The notes below the pieces were generated by a model. It was given only the letters and a program-made list of their open reading frames with translations. It had not been told where the DNA came from and did not search any database. Below, piece after piece: positions 47,931 through 58,690 of a stretch of DNA of 64,000 nucleotides. The translations under genes were made by a program, and so were the position numbers. The number at the start of each line of letters is the position of its first letter. Position 1 is the first letter of the stretch. Location of the stretch: NCBI GenBank assembly GCA_964516875.1, contig CAZFAO010000004.1, forward strand, positions 24,161-88,160, written 5' to 3'. Source of the stretch: an uncultured Burkholderiales bacterium. Lineage in GTDB: Bacteria; Actinomycetota; Acidimicrobiia; IMCC26256; JAGPDB01.

Positions 47931-48680
47931 CTACACCAGTTGATCTATCACAGACTCCGGAATATCACAGTTAGCAAAAACATTCTGTACATCATCATGC
48001 TCTTCTAAGGCATCAATTACTTTGAGCACGGATTTAGCATGGTCAGGATCTGAGATTTCGATTGTTGTATTCGCAATCATCGTGAGGTCTGAATTCCCCA
48101 CTTCCACACCAGCATCGGTGATGGCAGTTTTGACAGCAAAGAGTTCTGTTGCAGGAGTGATGACTTCAAAGTTGTCACCGTTGTCATTGATATCGAGCGC
48201 ACCAGCTTCAAGCGCAATATCCATTAATGTGTCTTCATCCGTTGCAGATTTTGGAACTTCAATAACACCTCGTCGATCGAACTGCCACGCAACAGCTCCC
48301 GGCTCGGCGAGTGACCCACCCGCTTTAGAAAAGATGGTGCGAATTTCAGGGCCCGTTCTGTTTTTATTATCGGTGAGTGTCTCGACATAAATCGCAACGC
48401 CGTGTGTTGCATAACCTTCATAATTCAACGCGGTGTACGACACACCTTCGATTTCACCTGTCCCCCGCTTGATGGCGCGTTCGATGTTGTCTTTGGGCAT
48501 GGAGACGCCACGCGCTTTGGAAACCATAAGTCGCAGTGATGCATTGGCTTCGATGTCACCGCCACCAGCGCGCGCTGCGACTTCAATTTGGCGTGCCATT
48601 TTGGCAAAAACTTTTCCTCGTGCAGCATCTGCCGCGCCCTTTTGGTGCTTAATCGAGCTCCATTTGGAATGCCCACTCAT
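47931..48680 (-). CDS. yebC: YebC/PmpR family transcriptional regulator
   Basis: 249 aa. Begins MSGHSKWSSIKHQKGAADAARGKVFAK. Confidence 0.95.
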   Translation of the reverse strand: MSGHSKWSSIKHQKGAADAARGKVFAKMARQIEVAARAGGGDIEANASLRLMVSKARGVSMPKDNIERAIKRGTGEIEGVSYTALNYEGYATHGVAIYVETLTDNKNRTGPEIRTIFSKAGGSLAEPGAVAWQFDRRGVIEVPKSATDEDTLMDIALEAGALDINDNGDNFEVITPATELFAVKTAITDAGVEVGNSDLTMIANTTIEISDPDHAKSVLKVIDALEEHDDVQNVFANCDIPESVIDQLV

Positions 48681-48698
48681 GTTGTCCCCTTAGTTTCT

Positions 48699-49310
48699 TC
48701 ACTCTGAATGACTGTGCGATTTTACACGCCGAAGAATCTGCTCAACGAAAAACTGATGAAACAGCGCCGATCCGGCAACTTCTGGATGGCATGCAATACC
48801 AAGCGCATTTCCTTGCCACACCCCGACGGTTTCTCCATCCGCCGTTGCTAAAACGTGTGCGTTTTCCCCCACAGAAACAATCTTGGGAGCACGGATAAAG
48901 TACGCCCGACAGCTCTGGTAAAGCGGGACGCAGTGGACGTCAGTTTCAAAACTATTGATCTGGGTTCCATAAGAATTGCGTTCGACTTCGCAATCAAGGA
49001 CAGAAAAGATATTGGCCAACAGAATAAGTCCGGCACACGTTCCCAAGACAGGAAGACCAGAATCGAGTTGAGCCCTCAACGGTTCGAGCAAACCAGATGT
49101 CCCCAACAACTTTTCCATCACTGTCGATTCGCCACCGGGAATAATGATGCCATCGAGATCATTTAAATCCTGTGGCTTTTTTGCGAGGACAACATCAATG
49201 GTCGGAAAATCCTCACGCGAGCTGAGGGACTGTAATGTATCAACATGGAGATCGTACGCTCCTTGAAGAGCGAGAATGCCAATGACGAGATGAGGGCGTG
49301 TTGTTACCAT
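48699..49310 (-). CDS. pdxT: Pyridoxal 5'-phosphate synthase glutaminase subunit
   Basis: 203 aa with [10 protein letters not shown] and GTCAGLILL. Confidence 0.95.
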   Translation of the reverse strand: MVTTRPHLVIGILALQGAYDLHVDTLQSLSSREDFPTIDVVLAKKPQDLNDLDGIIIPGGESTVMEKLLGTSGLLEPLRAQLDSGLPVLGTCAGLILLANIFSVLDCEVERNSYGTQINSFETDVHCVPLYQSCRAYFIRAPKIVSVGENAHVLATADGETVGVWQGNALGIACHPEVAGSALFHQFFVEQILRRVKSHSHSE

Positions 49311-50179
49311 CCTCTTTTTTCGAACTTGTCCTTCTCATCGAGATCTGTGATTCCCACCATGGGTTCACCCAAGTTCGTTGATACTTTCAATATCAGTTCG
49401 GGATCATCAAAATGAGTCGTTGCTTCAACAATCGCTTGCGCTCGAGCTGCAGGATCGCCTGATTTGAAGATACCACTTCCTACAAAAACCGATTGTGCAC
49501 CCAGTTGCATCACCAACGATGCATCGGCAGGTGTTGCGATACCTCCTGCACAAAAAAGCGGAACAGGAAGTTCACCGGCGTTGGCTACCATGGTGACCAG
49601 CTCAACGGGAACACGCTCTTTGACTGCAAAGTTTTCGCGTTCTTTTTCATTTGCTTGTGCGAGATCTTTAATGGTGTCGGTGATCGAACGTAAATGACGT
49701 ACAGCTTCGATAATATTGCCCGTTCCCGCTTCACCCTTGGAACGGATCAGCGCTGCGCCTTCGTTAATACGTCGGAGTGCTTCACCAAGATTGGTTGCAC
49801 CACACACAAAAGGAATGGTAAACGCATGCTTGTCGACATGAAATGCTTCATCGGCAGGAGTAAGCACTTCGGATTCATCAATAAAGTCAACACCTAAAGC
49901 CTGGAGCACTTGCGCTTCTGCAAAATGACCGATGCGACATTTTGCCATGATGGGAATCGTGACACTTTGTTGAATCTCGGCAATCATTTCAGGATCGCTC
50001 ATCCGTGCAATTCCCCCATCGCGTCGGATATCTGCGGGCACTCGCTCGAGGGCCATGACAGCGCACGCTCCCGCATCCTGTGCAATTTTGGCTTGTTCCG
50101 CATTGACGACATCCATGATGACCCCGCCGCGAAGCATGTCGGCAAAACCCGTCTTAACTCGAAGCGTTCCTGATTCCAT
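49304..50179 (-). CDS. pdxS: Pyridoxal 5'-phosphate synthase lyase subunit
   Basis: 291 aa with [35 protein letters not shown]. Confidence 0.97.
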   Translation of the reverse strand: MESGTLRVKTGFADMLRGGVIMDVVNAEQAKIAQDAGACAVMALERVPADIRRDGGIARMSDPEMIAEIQQSVTIPIMAKCRIGHFAEAQVLQALGVDFIDESEVLTPADEAFHVDKHAFTIPFVCGATNLGEALRRINEGAALIRSKGEAGTGNIIEAVRHLRSITDTIKDLAQANEKERENFAVKERVPVELVTMVANAGELPVPLFCAGGIATPADASLVMQLGAQSVFVGSGIFKSGDPAARAQAIVEATTHFDDPELILKVSTNLGEPMVGITDLDEKDKFEKRGW

Positions 50180-50197
50180 TGTATTTCCTTATGTAAT

Positions 50198-51229
50198 TTA
50201 CGGAGTGACTGTTACTGGTGTTGTTGTGCTTGCAAGCTCAACCCAGGTCTGACCCGCCTTTAACTTCATGTCATTTCCCTCAACGTCTTTAAACGTTGCT
50301 GGAGCTGCAGTCGTTGGACGCTCCCATGTACCTTTTAATACTTTACCATTTCTAAATATCCAAACATCGCCCGTGCCTGTTGTTATCCCTTCGGATTCCG
50401 ATGGATACTGAATGAATTGAACGACAACGCTATCGGCAGCGACCTGGGTCCCCTTCTGGTCGACAAAAGGTTTTGTTCCATAGCTTCGTAAATATTTTTC
50501 TGTTTTTGCATCGTACGTCCACGTGCATGCAAAACCGGATTTGAATTCAACAACAAATTTTGATGCCAGATCTGCCAAGACGGATACATTTTTAGAAAAT
50601 TTAAATTGGGCAACAGGAGGGATCGGCGTTCCTTCTTGTTCGAATAATACTGATGGTATTGCATAAAGATTATTTGGAGCTCCGCGTGACGAATCGCGTT
50701 TCATTCCATTTCCCGCTGCCGTTTCATTCAGAGCAAGAATGCCTTTTGTGTTCCTAATCTTTTTTTCATTTTGTGCAGCTCCTCCGGAGTATGCAAATAT
50801 CCCTCCCCAATTCAATGCAATGTTGGGATCCATTCCGCGCACACTTCGCACAGGACCGACGCGTTCAGGAACGCTCGAATGATAGATCCCCATAAACCGA
50901 GTAATTCCGCCTTCAACAATTTCTTCGTAGACAATGTCCGCTTCGGCAATTCCTGCTTGAGGACGAGCTTCAGGATTATTACCAATCTTGATTGCTAATG
51001 CAGGTCGTTTCAACGAATCACCCGACGGGTCTTCAACTCCCGTTAATGGTGCAATCGGATTTTTTTTCGGCGCTGTCGTCGTAGTCGATGACACAGTGAC
51101 GTCAGCTTTGCTGTCGTTATTCGATGAGGAAAATAACACCACGCCGACAACGCAGATAACTATTAACGCAGCACCACCAATAAGAAATGGTTTCGATTTG
51201 AAAAATGATTTTCGGGATTTAAATGTCAC
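50198..51229 (-). CDS. Secreted or membrane-anchored DUF3048-like protein
   Basis: 343 aa with an N-terminal TM segment and PLTG...RPALAIKIGNNPEARPQAGIAEADIVYEEIVEGGITRFMGIY...GPVRSVR. The family assignment is from memory. Confidence 0.7.
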   Translation of the reverse strand: MTFKSRKSFFKSKPFLIGGAALIVICVVGVVLFSSSNNDSKADVTVSSTTTTAPKKNPIAPLTGVEDPSGDSLKRPALAIKIGNNPEARPQAGIAEADIVYEEIVEGGITRFMGIYHSSVPERVGPVRSVRGMDPNIALNWGGIFAYSGGAAQNEKKIRNTKGILALNETAAGNGMKRDSSRGAPNNLYAIPSVLFEQEGTPIPPVAQFKFSKNVSVLADLASKFVVEFKSGFACTWTYDAKTEKYLRSYGTKPFVDQKGTQVAADSVVVQFIQYPSESEGITTGTGDVWIFRNGKVLKGTWERPTTAAPATFKDVEGNDMKLKAGQTWVELASTTTPVTVTP

Positions 51230-51258
51230 TATCTTCTCCTTGGGTGAAGGAAAAGATT

Positions 51259-52170
51259 CTACAATTCTTTTAGTCGTGCAATACGATCTTCAAGAGGAGG
51301 ATGCGTGTTAAAGGCTTTGTCCAGCCATTTTTCATTACCGCCACCTGCTTTTCCCTTCAAGGGTTGCTCGATCCACATCGATGCGGTGGCTTTTGTTGCA
51401 CTATGGACAATGCTGTGATCGGCTTGAAGTTTTTCGAGTGCCGAAATAAGTCCAGGAGGATAACGTGTCAGTGAAACACCGCTCGCGTCGGCTAAATATT
51501 CGCGATTGCGCGAGAGTGAAAATTGCATGAGCTGTGCCGCGAACGGGGCAAGCACCAACAGGGCAATTCCCGCTATTGCAATAATTCCGCCGAGACCGCC
51601 TGAATCGTTTGAATTCGAATTACGAGAATTTCCGCCACCCCAGAGCATGGTTCGAAAACCAATGTCGGATAACAACGCAACAGCACCCACTGCAGTCACC
51701 GCAATCGTTGTCACAAGAATGTCATAGTTTTTAATGTGCGCAAGTTCGTGGGCAACAACACCTTCGAGTTCCACACGATTCATTTGTTGCAAGAGGCCCG
51801 TTGTAACAGCAAGCGCTGCATGTTCAGGGTTGCGTCCCGTCGCGAATGCATTCGGTGCATCGTCCTGGACAACATAGAGTCGCGGTTTGGGAAGACCCGC
51901 CGCAATACAGAGTCCTTCCACCAAGTTATGGTACCGGCGATACTCATTTTGATCTGCAGGTTGTGCTCGTGATGCACTGAGCGCCACTTTGTCAGAATAA
52001 AAATACGAGAAAAATGACATCGATATTGCGATGCCAACCGCAAAGATCACACCAATGGCCCCATAACCAAGGAGGTAATTAAAGGCTAACCCTACAGTTG
52101 TGACCAACAGCACGAAACAAAACAACACAACAAACGTGCGTCTCTTATTCCTACTTATTTGTTCGTACAT
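51259..52170 (-). CDS. htpX: Zinc metalloprotease HtpX (M48)
   Basis: 303 aa with the HELAHIKNYD HExxH motif and TM segments. Confidence 0.92.
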   Translation of the reverse strand: MYEQISRNKRRTFVVLFCFVLLVTTVGLAFNYLLGYGAIGVIFAVGIAISMSFFSYFYSDKVALSASRAQPADQNEYRRYHNLVEGLCIAAGLPKPRLYVVQDDAPNAFATGRNPEHAALAVTTGLLQQMNRVELEGVVAHELAHIKNYDILVTTIAVTAVGAVALLSDIGFRTMLWGGGNSRNSNSNDSGGLGGIIAIAGIALLVLAPFAAQLMQFSLSRNREYLADASGVSLTRYPPGLISALEKLQADHSIVHSATKATASMWIEQPLKGKAGGGNEKWLDKAFNTHPPLEDRIARLKEL

Positions 52171-52204
52171 AATTTATTCCGTGCTGGTAATTTTTCAGGA
52201 GGCG

Positions 52205-52783
52205 TTAACTGAATTTAACGTCGACAGGTCCTTTATCAGCATCATCAACTTCGAAGTATTCGCGTTCCGTAAAATTGCCGATGTTCGCAACAAAGTTTGA
52301 AGGAACAGTTTGAATCTTCGTGTTGAAACGACGAACTTCATCGTTGTAGAACTGACGAGCGTACGCAATGCGATCCTCTGTGGAGGTGAGCTCTTCTTGC
52401 AATGCCAAAAAGTTTGTGTTCGCCTTGAGATCGGGGTATGCCTCAGAGAGAGCAAAAAGTGATTTCAATGCACCACTCAAAACGTTTTCTGCTTGCGCGG
52501 TTTGGGCAACACCAACGTTCTGTCCTGCCATTGCTGCATTACGTGCATTGATGACCGCATCGAGAGTTGCTTTTTCGTGTGCTGCATAACCCTTGACGGT
52601 TTCTACCAAGTTAGGGATGAGGTCGTGGCGGCGCTTGAGCTGGACATCAATTTGCGCCCACGCGTTGTCGACTCTGTTGCGAGACGATACAAGGCCGTTG
52701 TAGAGGAAAACATAAATGATGGCTGCCAAAACGACAAGACCAATGAGGCACAAGCCTCCAAGAATGGCTACTGACATATTCAC
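52205..52783 (-). CDS. lemA: LemA family protein
   Basis: 192 aa with an N-terminal TM segment and the pattern VDNAWAQIDVQLKRRHDLIPNLVETVKGYAAHE. Confidence 0.9.
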   Translation of the reverse strand: MNMSVAILGGLCLIGLVVLAAIIYVFLYNGLVSSRNRVDNAWAQIDVQLKRRHDLIPNLVETVKGYAAHEKATLDAVINARNAAMAGQNVGVAQTAQAENVLSGALKSLFALSEAYPDLKANTNFLALQEELTSTEDRIAYARQFYNDEVRRFNTKIQTVPSNFVANIGNFTEREYFEVDDADKGPVDVKFS

Positions 52784-52815
52784 TACTTTCTTTGTGCTTG
52801 ACTAGCCCTATTAGA

Positions 52816-54051
52816 TTAGTCGAGTTCTTTGCGACGGTCTTCTATTGCTTGTCTGTATATATCTACATAGGAATCAACAACGATTTTTACCGCAAATTCC
52901 TGAGCACGAGCAATTCCTGCCTCTTGGAGCCGTTTTCGCAGATCGTCATCTTTCATTATTTTTTCAATGGCGTCGCGCAAGGCCTCTGAGTCGCCGGGTG
53001 AGACAAGGAGAGCTTCGGTTCCATCACGGGCAACATCGCGATATCCAGGAATCGAGGTTGCAACAACACAGGCATTAGCCGCCATCGCTTCAAGAAGAAC
53101 AATTCCAAAACTTTCACCATAGAGAGCCGGCGCGACAACGACATGTGCTGCACGCATTCGTCGGAACAGTTCGTCATAATCAATACGGCCGAGAAACGAA
53201 ATCGAGGAAACATCTTTCGAACGAGCGAGGAGCTCATCAGTTTCTTCACCTGTACCCACAACCCACAGCACGGCATTTTTTTGAAGTTCTTCTGAAGCGA
53301 GCCATGCATCGATGAGATAGCGCAATCCTTTTCTTTCGTCATGACGACCAACAAACAACACCGCAGGTTTTACTGTTGGCCACTTGTGCGCATGCATGAT
53401 GGAATCAACATCGATGCAATTAGGAACGATTTGATAGTCGCCGGGAAGATATTGCTTCGCCATTGCTTTGGCTTCATTACTCACAGCTACGCGTTTATGA
53501 ATTCTCGAAATTGCACCACGTGCAGGATGGCGAAAATACTTCAAAGCCGGTGCACCCTGACCTGCAGCATGAAACGTTCCGACCATGGGCGTCTCGGCCC
53601 CAATCATGGCAGTCGTTGTTGGCCCAGGAATTAGTGGCTCGTGGAGATGAATTACATCGGGCCCAAAACTGTTAATGGCATCTAAAGTCAGCGACGCCGA
53701 TGCCGAGTCATCGACAATGGGCACAAGGGAACCATTACTTTTCAACGTGCGCGTTGTTCCCACCGAAATCATATAGTTCGTCGGCGGAGCTCCATCGCAC
53801 GGCGCAATAATGCGCGCATCAATTCCGCGATGGCGCATTTCATCAGCCAGCAGCAACACTTGGTTTTGCACTCCCCCCGGAAGCGACATTGAATACGGAC
53901 ACATCAACGCGACACGCATGGGTGCGTCTGCTTTGCGCGTTGACACCTGGGGTGTGTCCTGTTTCTTTTTTCTCGCCATTGTTGAGATCGTATTCAATGA
54001 CGACACAACTTTTTCTTTCGCTGCTTTTCCGCACTCTGTGAAATCGCTCAT
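52816..54051 (-). CDS. pimA: GT4 glycosyltransferase, phosphatidylinositol mannosyltransferase PimA-like
   Basis: MRVALMCPYSMSLPGGVQNQV matches the PimA N-terminus, and the GT-B EAMAAN motif is present. The start is ambiguous. ATG 54049-54051 forms an ATGA overlap with the upstream stop. ATG 53917-53919 gives the canonical N-terminus. The track start is 54063. Confidence 0.86.
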   Translation of the reverse strand: MSDFTECGKAAKEKVVSSLNTISTMARKKKQDTPQVSTRKADAPMRVALMCPYSMSLPGGVQNQVLLLADEMRHRGIDARIIAPCDGAPPTNYMISVGTTRTLKSNGSLVPIVDDSASASLTLDAINSFGPDVIHLHEPLIPGPTTTAMIGAETPMVGTFHAAGQGAPALKYFRHPARGAISRIHKRVAVSNEAKAMAKQYLPGDYQIVPNCIDVDSIMHAHKWPTVKPAVLFVGRHDERKGLRYLIDAWLASEELQKNAVLWVVGTGEETDELLARSKDVSSISFLGRIDYDELFRRMRAAHVVVAPALYGESFGIVLLEAMAANACVVATSIPGYRDVARDGTEALLVSPGDSEALRDAIEKIMKDDDLRKRLQEAGIARAQEFAVKIVVDSYVDIYRQAIEDRRKELD

Positions 54052-54938
54052 GACTTTTCCCATTCGTCATATAAAACATGCCACTGTGTCGGATCGCGCG
54101 AAATCATGTCCTCAAAAATATGTGCCAAAGATTGTGTTGTCTTTTCAACAACTTCATTGCGATCGTTCTCCTGCGAAGATACTTCAACGGGTGGATAGAA
54201 AACAATGGTGACCTTTGCGTCATGCGAAACATACGTGCACACCGGTACAAGAACAGATCCGGTTTTATGAGCGAGTGCAGCAGGTCCGGTCGGAAAAGTT
54301 TTGTCTGCATCAAAAAAAGTGACTGGCAAGCCGCGTCGTGCAATATCTCTATCGGCGACCAAACAGACCATTTCCCCTTCGCGTAAAGCTGATAAAAGTT
54401 TCGATGTGGGATGATCGTCGTGCGCGATCACCGTCATGCCCACACGGGTACGCGTCGATGTAAAAAGGTCAAAAAGTTCGGGAGGTTCAAGACGTTCAGC
54501 AACGACGACAGGTCGATGTCCACACGTTCCTAACCACGCTCCCGCGATCTCCCAACTTCCTAAATGCGGAAGGGCAAAAATGATGCCGGTGCCCTTTTCC
54601 TTCGCTGTTTCTATCGCCGCGAAGAAATGCTCTTCTCCTTCTAAACGCACGATGTCGACGATTTCGCCCGGCTGTCGTTTCGAGCTCAACCAAAAAACAT
54701 CCCACCAATACCCTGAATAAGAAGAGAGAACTTGTGCAGCGCGTTGACGAAGTTGTTTCTTGCTCAACGCCGGCGAAATACGATGATGAATTTTTACCAG
54801 TCGCTTGTGAATGCCAGAAGGAAACAACCCAAAAAGATATCCCAGTGCCTGTGCAATTTTTATTCCTATGCGACGCGGAATGATACGCGCACACAACGCT
54901 CCGGCCTTGAGCGAATAGAGCATCACATTATTTGACAT
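54048..54938 (-). CDS. patA: Lysophospholipid (HtrB/LpxL-type) acyltransferase, PIM acyltransferase PatA-like
   Basis: 296 aa with ALPHLGSWE. It sits between pgsA and pimA, as in the mycobacterial Rv2612c-Rv2610c cluster. Confidence 0.8.
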   Translation of the reverse strand: MSNNVMLYSLKAGALCARIIPRRIGIKIAQALGYLFGLFPSGIHKRLVKIHHRISPALSKKQLRQRAAQVLSSYSGYWWDVFWLSSKRQPGEIVDIVRLEGEEHFFAAIETAKEKGTGIIFALPHLGSWEIAGAWLGTCGHRPVVVAERLEPPELFDLFTSTRTRVGMTVIAHDDHPTSKLLSALREGEMVCLVADRDIARRGLPVTFFDADKTFPTGPAALAHKTGSVLVPVCTYVSHDAKVTIVFYPPVEVSSQENDRNEVVEKTTQSLAHIFEDMISRDPTQWHVLYDEWEKS

Positions 54939-54945
54939 TGACGTC

Positions 54946-55623
54946 CTAGTTTCGTGAGCGTTTCGCTGCTTTTCTCTCTTGACGCTTCTCGTTCATTTCT
55001 TCAAACTTAGTTTGGAGTTCTTCAAAGCGTGAGTTCAATCCATTTGCTTGCGTGGCAAGTTTCCAGACCTTCATGTGACGTTGAATCAAAGTGATGAATC
55101 CAAAAATGAGAATGATCCACAAACCAATGTAGAGATACCCAACGGCCAAACTCACACCAAAGACAATGAGGCGCTCGGCGCGTTCCATCAAACCACCTTT
55201 GACCTGAAAACCCATGGCGCCCGCCATGGCGCGCGCGTAAGAAATGAGAAGACTCACCGCCATTGCGGCAGCTGCAAGTGCAGCGTAACCAGCTTGGTCA
55301 TGATGTGCGTAATACCAGACAGCACCAACAAAAAGTGAGGCATCAGAAAGACGATCGCAAATCGAATCGAGGAACGCACCACGCGAATTCACTTTTCCAT
55401 TAGCGCGCGCGATAGCACCATCGAGCAAATCAGGAATGCCGGCAACAGCAACACCGATGGCACCAAGAACAAAATGTCCACTGGCAATAGCGAACCCAGT
55501 TGCGATTGCGACGAAAAGTCCAACGACAGTTAAGAAATCAGCAGACACACCAATTTTGTTGAGCGCAACGCCGATGGGTGCCGTCACTTTTTCTGAATAT
55601 TTACGTCCGTGGAGATCGAGCAT
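54946..55623 (-). CDS. pgsA: CDP-alcohol phosphatidyltransferase (phosphatidylinositol phosphate synthase type)
   Basis: 225 aa with the DLLDGAIARANGKVNSRGAFLDSICDRLSD signature. Confidence 0.9.
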   Translation of the reverse strand: MLDLHGRKYSEKVTAPIGVALNKIGVSADFLTVVGLFVAIATGFAIASGHFVLGAIGVAVAGIPDLLDGAIARANGKVNSRGAFLDSICDRLSDASLFVGAVWYYAHHDQAGYAALAAAAMAVSLLISYARAMAGAMGFQVKGGLMERAERLIVFGVSLAVGYLYIGLWIILIFGFITLIQRHMKVWKLATQANGLNSRFEELQTKFEEMNEKRQERKAAKRSRN

Positions 55624-56102
55624 TACACCGACTCTCCCTCATGATCGAAATACGTTGATTCAATTTTTTTCGATACTGCATCTATTTCAACAAGGCCACG
55701 TTGCGTTGGTGGTTCATCAGAAGAAAAGACGACCACGCGCCATCGAGGTTTCGACAACCAACCTGTAAAACACAATTGCGCTGATGCATGTCCGACGCTA
55801 AAAGGTGCTTGCGTGCCTGCTGTGGTGAGTGCGGTTAAATCATCAACTTCGAGCGGCCATGCCGTGAAAAAGAAAAAAGCACCCACGAGGACAAAAGCGA
55901 TTCCGCCACCGATCATTGCGTTATTTCCAGCACTGATTCCTACGAGGATAGAAAAAGCAGAAATGATAAAAATGGAATACGCTGCTGTGCGTCGACGGCG
56001 TGGTGTCGGAAATTGATACGGGCCAACATATTTCGTAACGTCGAGATCATCGGGAAGACTGTCTTGTACAGGGTCCGACCCTGTACCTTTACTATCGCTC
56101 AT
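55623..56102 (-). CDS. Hypothetical two-TM membrane protein
   Basis: 159 aa. The start ATG overlaps the HIT gene stop (ATGA) and its stop overlaps the pgsA start. Codons 6-13 are encoded by the 22-nt palindrome. There is no alternative in-frame start downstream of the palindrome. Confidence 0.55.
   Translation of the reverse strand: MSDSKGTGSDPVQDSLPDDLDVTKYVGPYQFPTPRRRRTAAYSIFIISAFSILVGISAGNNAMIGGGIAFVLVGAFFFFTAWPLEVDDLTALTTAGTQAPFSVGHASAQLCFTGWLSKPRWRVVVFSSDEPPTQRGLVEIDAVSKKIESTYFDHEGESV
56065..56086. repeat. Second copy of the palindrome TGTACAGGGTCCGACCCTGTAC
   Basis: Exact 22-nt match to 4672-4693. It lies 13 nt after the HIT gene stop and inside the first codons of ORF 55623-56102. 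Confidence 0.85.
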
Positions 56103-56626
56103 ATACGTTCACCCTCTGGCCAAGCGTCATGTAATTTTGTATAACTCGATTCCAGAGTTTCGGGAAGAGTGCGCGTGTTGGCAACCGTTGTGATGAACCC
56201 GGCGTCTGCTGACCAGCGAGGCAAAATATGAATATGGAGATGGCCCGGCACGCCGGCTCCGGCAGCTTCGCCCATGTTGATTCCCACATTGATACCGTCG
56301 GGATTATAAATTTCGCGAAGTAGTCGCGTTGCGGTGGTTGTCAATTCCATGGCAGCTTTTCGCACATCATCGCTGAAGTCATCAAGGTGTTGATGATGAT
56401 CGACGGGCACAACCATCACATGGCCGTTGGAATATGGATATAGATTCATAACAACAAAGCACAGATCGTTTCGTGCAATGACGTAATAATCTTTTCCTTT
56501 GTCTTTGAGTTCACACATGAGGCATGCAGGAACATCTTCCCCGCTTCTGCGCGTGCGCGATTCTTCGGCAGCGTGCATAACATAGTCCGCTCGCCATCCG
56601 GCCCAGAGCTGATCAACATGTGCCAT
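56099..56626 (-). CDS. HIT family protein (Ap4A phosphorylase-like)
   Basis: Histidine triad GHLHIHILPRW. It lies downstream of thrS, as Rv2613c does in mycobacteria. I prefer ATG 56624-56626 (AAGGA 10 nt upstream), which avoids a 47-nt overlap with thrS. Confidence 0.88.
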   Translation of the reverse strand: MAHVDQLWAGWRADYVMHAAEESRTRRSGEDVPACLMCELKDKGKDYYVIARNDLCFVVMNLYPYSNGHVMVVPVDHHQHLDDFSDDVRKAAMELTTTATRLLREIYNPDGINVGINMGEAAGAGVPGHLHIHILPRWSADAGFITTVANTRTLPETLESSYTKLHDAWPEGERI

Positions 56627-56639
56627 AGATTGTGTGTCC

Positions 56640-58640
56640 TTAAACGTCGAGCGATTTCGTTGTGATCTTCTCCACAACGTTATCAATAAATCCTTGCACA
56701 GCTACGCCTCGCTCAGGATCGTCTGCTCCGCGCTTGTTCACGCCGACTGTTCTATTGGCCACGTCATCATCTCCGACAACAAGAATGTAGGGAACTTTTT
56801 CTGTTTTTGCGCGACGGATGCGAGAACCGAGTGAATCAATACTTGCTGCGCTAACGTCTGCACGGATACCCGCCTCTTTCATTGTCTGTGCAATTTCGTA
56901 TCCATAATCGTCGTGTCGATCGGCAACAGGAAGAACCAACACTTGAACGGGACACAACCACACAGGATACGAACCAGCAAAATGTTCTGTCACCATGGCG
57001 AACATTCGCTCGACGGATCCAAAGAGTGCACGGTGAATCATCATGGGTCGAACTTTTTCGTTGTTCGTGTCAATGTATTCGAGTTCGAAACGTTCGGGTT
57101 GATTGAAATCGACTTGCAACGTCGACACTTGCCAACGACGCCCGATGGCATCGCTCAAATGAATATCAATCTTCGGTCCATAAAATGCGCCTTCACCTTC
57201 GGCAACTTTGTAGGACAACCCCGATGCATCAAGAGCTTCACGTAACGCGTCTGTGGCCAAATCCCAATCAGCATCATCGCCGATTGCTTTTTCTGGTTTG
57301 GTTGAAAGGTCGGCTTCAAAGTTTTCAAAACCAAGAATACGGAGCATGTACAAAACAAAATCAAGCAACTCGTTGAGCACGGGAACAACTTGGTCTTTCG
57401 TGCAATAGATATGACTATCGTCTTGCGTGAATCCTCGCGCACGTGCCGTTCCGTGCATCGCACCAGATTTTTCCCATCGATACACCGTTCCCAATTCAAA
57501 GATACGAATCGGAAGATCGCGATAGCTTCGCGTACGTGCTTCGAAGATGAGGTTGTGCATCGGGCAGTTCATCGGCTTGAGATGATAACTAATGCCTTCT
57601 GCTTCCAAACCGGGATACATGCTTTCACGATAGAAACCCAAGTGACCAGACTTCTCAAAAAGTTCGCTCTTGGAAATGTGTGGGGTGAATGCAAATTCGT
57701 ATCCGGCTTTAACGTGTTCTTCTCGAGAAAAATCTTCGAGCTCTTTACGAATGATTGCTCCACGCGGATGCCACAGATATAAACCCATACCAATTTCACT
57801 TGGCGAAGAAAACAGATCGAGTTCGTGTCCGATCTTTCGGTGGTCGCGCTTTTCTGCTTCTTCCAACATATAGAGATGTTGTTCGAGAGCTTCTTTGGAT
57901 TCCCACGCTGTTCCATAGACGCGTTGCAACATCGGTCGCTTTTCATCGCCGCGCCAATACGCACCTGCGAGTCGCATGATCTTAAATGCTTTGAGATAGC
58001 CCGTCGACGGAACGTGCGGACCCGTGCACATGTCGACGTATTTTTCGTTGCCATCTTTATCGATGTTTTCGTAATATGAAATCGCATCGCCACCGGCAAA
58101 GTCCACAGAGTCTTCTTCAATAACGGCACCGGCTCGAACCTTTTCAATAATTTCGAGTTTGAACGGTTGATCGGAAAACTTTTTAATTCCTTCATCGATG
58201 GTGCATTCACCGCGCACAAACTTTTGGTTTGCTTTGACGATTTCTTTCATCTTCTTTTCGATGCGCGGAAGATCTTCGTCGGTAAAACGTTGATCGCCGG
58301 GAAGTTCAAAGTCGTAATAGAAACCATCTGCAATGGCTGGACCAATTGCATATTTAGCTCCCGGGAACAACGCAAAAACTGCTTGAGCCATGACGTGCGC
58401 AGCGGAGTGACGCAGCACTTCGCGACCATGGTCGCTATTGGGAGTGATAACCGAGATCTTTGCATCGCGGTTGATCGTGGAGAATAAGTCGACGATTTCA
58501 CCATCGATCTCAAAAGCCACAGCAGCCTTAGCCAGGCCCTCACCGATCGATTTGGCAACATCGAATCCGGTGGTTCCCTGTTCATATTCGCGTGTCGAAC
58601 CGTCGGGGAGAGTCAGTGTCACTTGGGTAATCTTTGCCAT
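56640..58640 (-). CDS. thrS: Threonine--tRNA ligase
   Basis: MAKITQVTLTLPDGS gives the TGS N-terminus, and editing and class II core motifs are present. I prefer the ATG at 58638-58640 over GTG 58649. No obvious SD is seen. Confidence 0.97.
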   Translation of the reverse strand: MAKITQVTLTLPDGSTREYEQGTTGFDVAKSIGEGLAKAAVAFEIDGEIVDLFSTINRDAKISVITPNSDHGREVLRHSAAHVMAQAVFALFPGAKYAIGPAIADGFYYDFELPGDQRFTDEDLPRIEKKMKEIVKANQKFVRGECTIDEGIKKFSDQPFKLEIIEKVRAGAVIEEDSVDFAGGDAISYYENIDKDGNEKYVDMCTGPHVPSTGYLKAFKIMRLAGAYWRGDEKRPMLQRVYGTAWESKEALEQHLYMLEEAEKRDHRKIGHELDLFSSPSEIGMGLYLWHPRGAIIRKELEDFSREEHVKAGYEFAFTPHISKSELFEKSGHLGFYRESMYPGLEAEGISYHLKPMNCPMHNLIFEARTRSYRDLPIRIFELGTVYRWEKSGAMHGTARARGFTQDDSHIYCTKDQVVPVLNELLDFVLYMLRILGFENFEADLSTKPEKAIGDDADWDLATDALREALDASGLSYKVAEGEGAFYGPKIDIHLSDAIGRRWQVSTLQVDFNQPERFELEYIDTNNEKVRPMMIHRALFGSVERMFAMVTEHFAGSYPVWLCPVQVLVLPVADRHDDYGYEIAQTMKEAGIRADVSAASIDSLGSRIRRAKTEKVPYILVVGDDDVANRTVGVNKRGADDPERGVAVQGFIDNVVEKITTKSLDV

Positions 58641-58690
58641 AAGAAGCACAGGCTACCAGGGCAAAGGGTACTTTTTCTCACCATTTGTTC

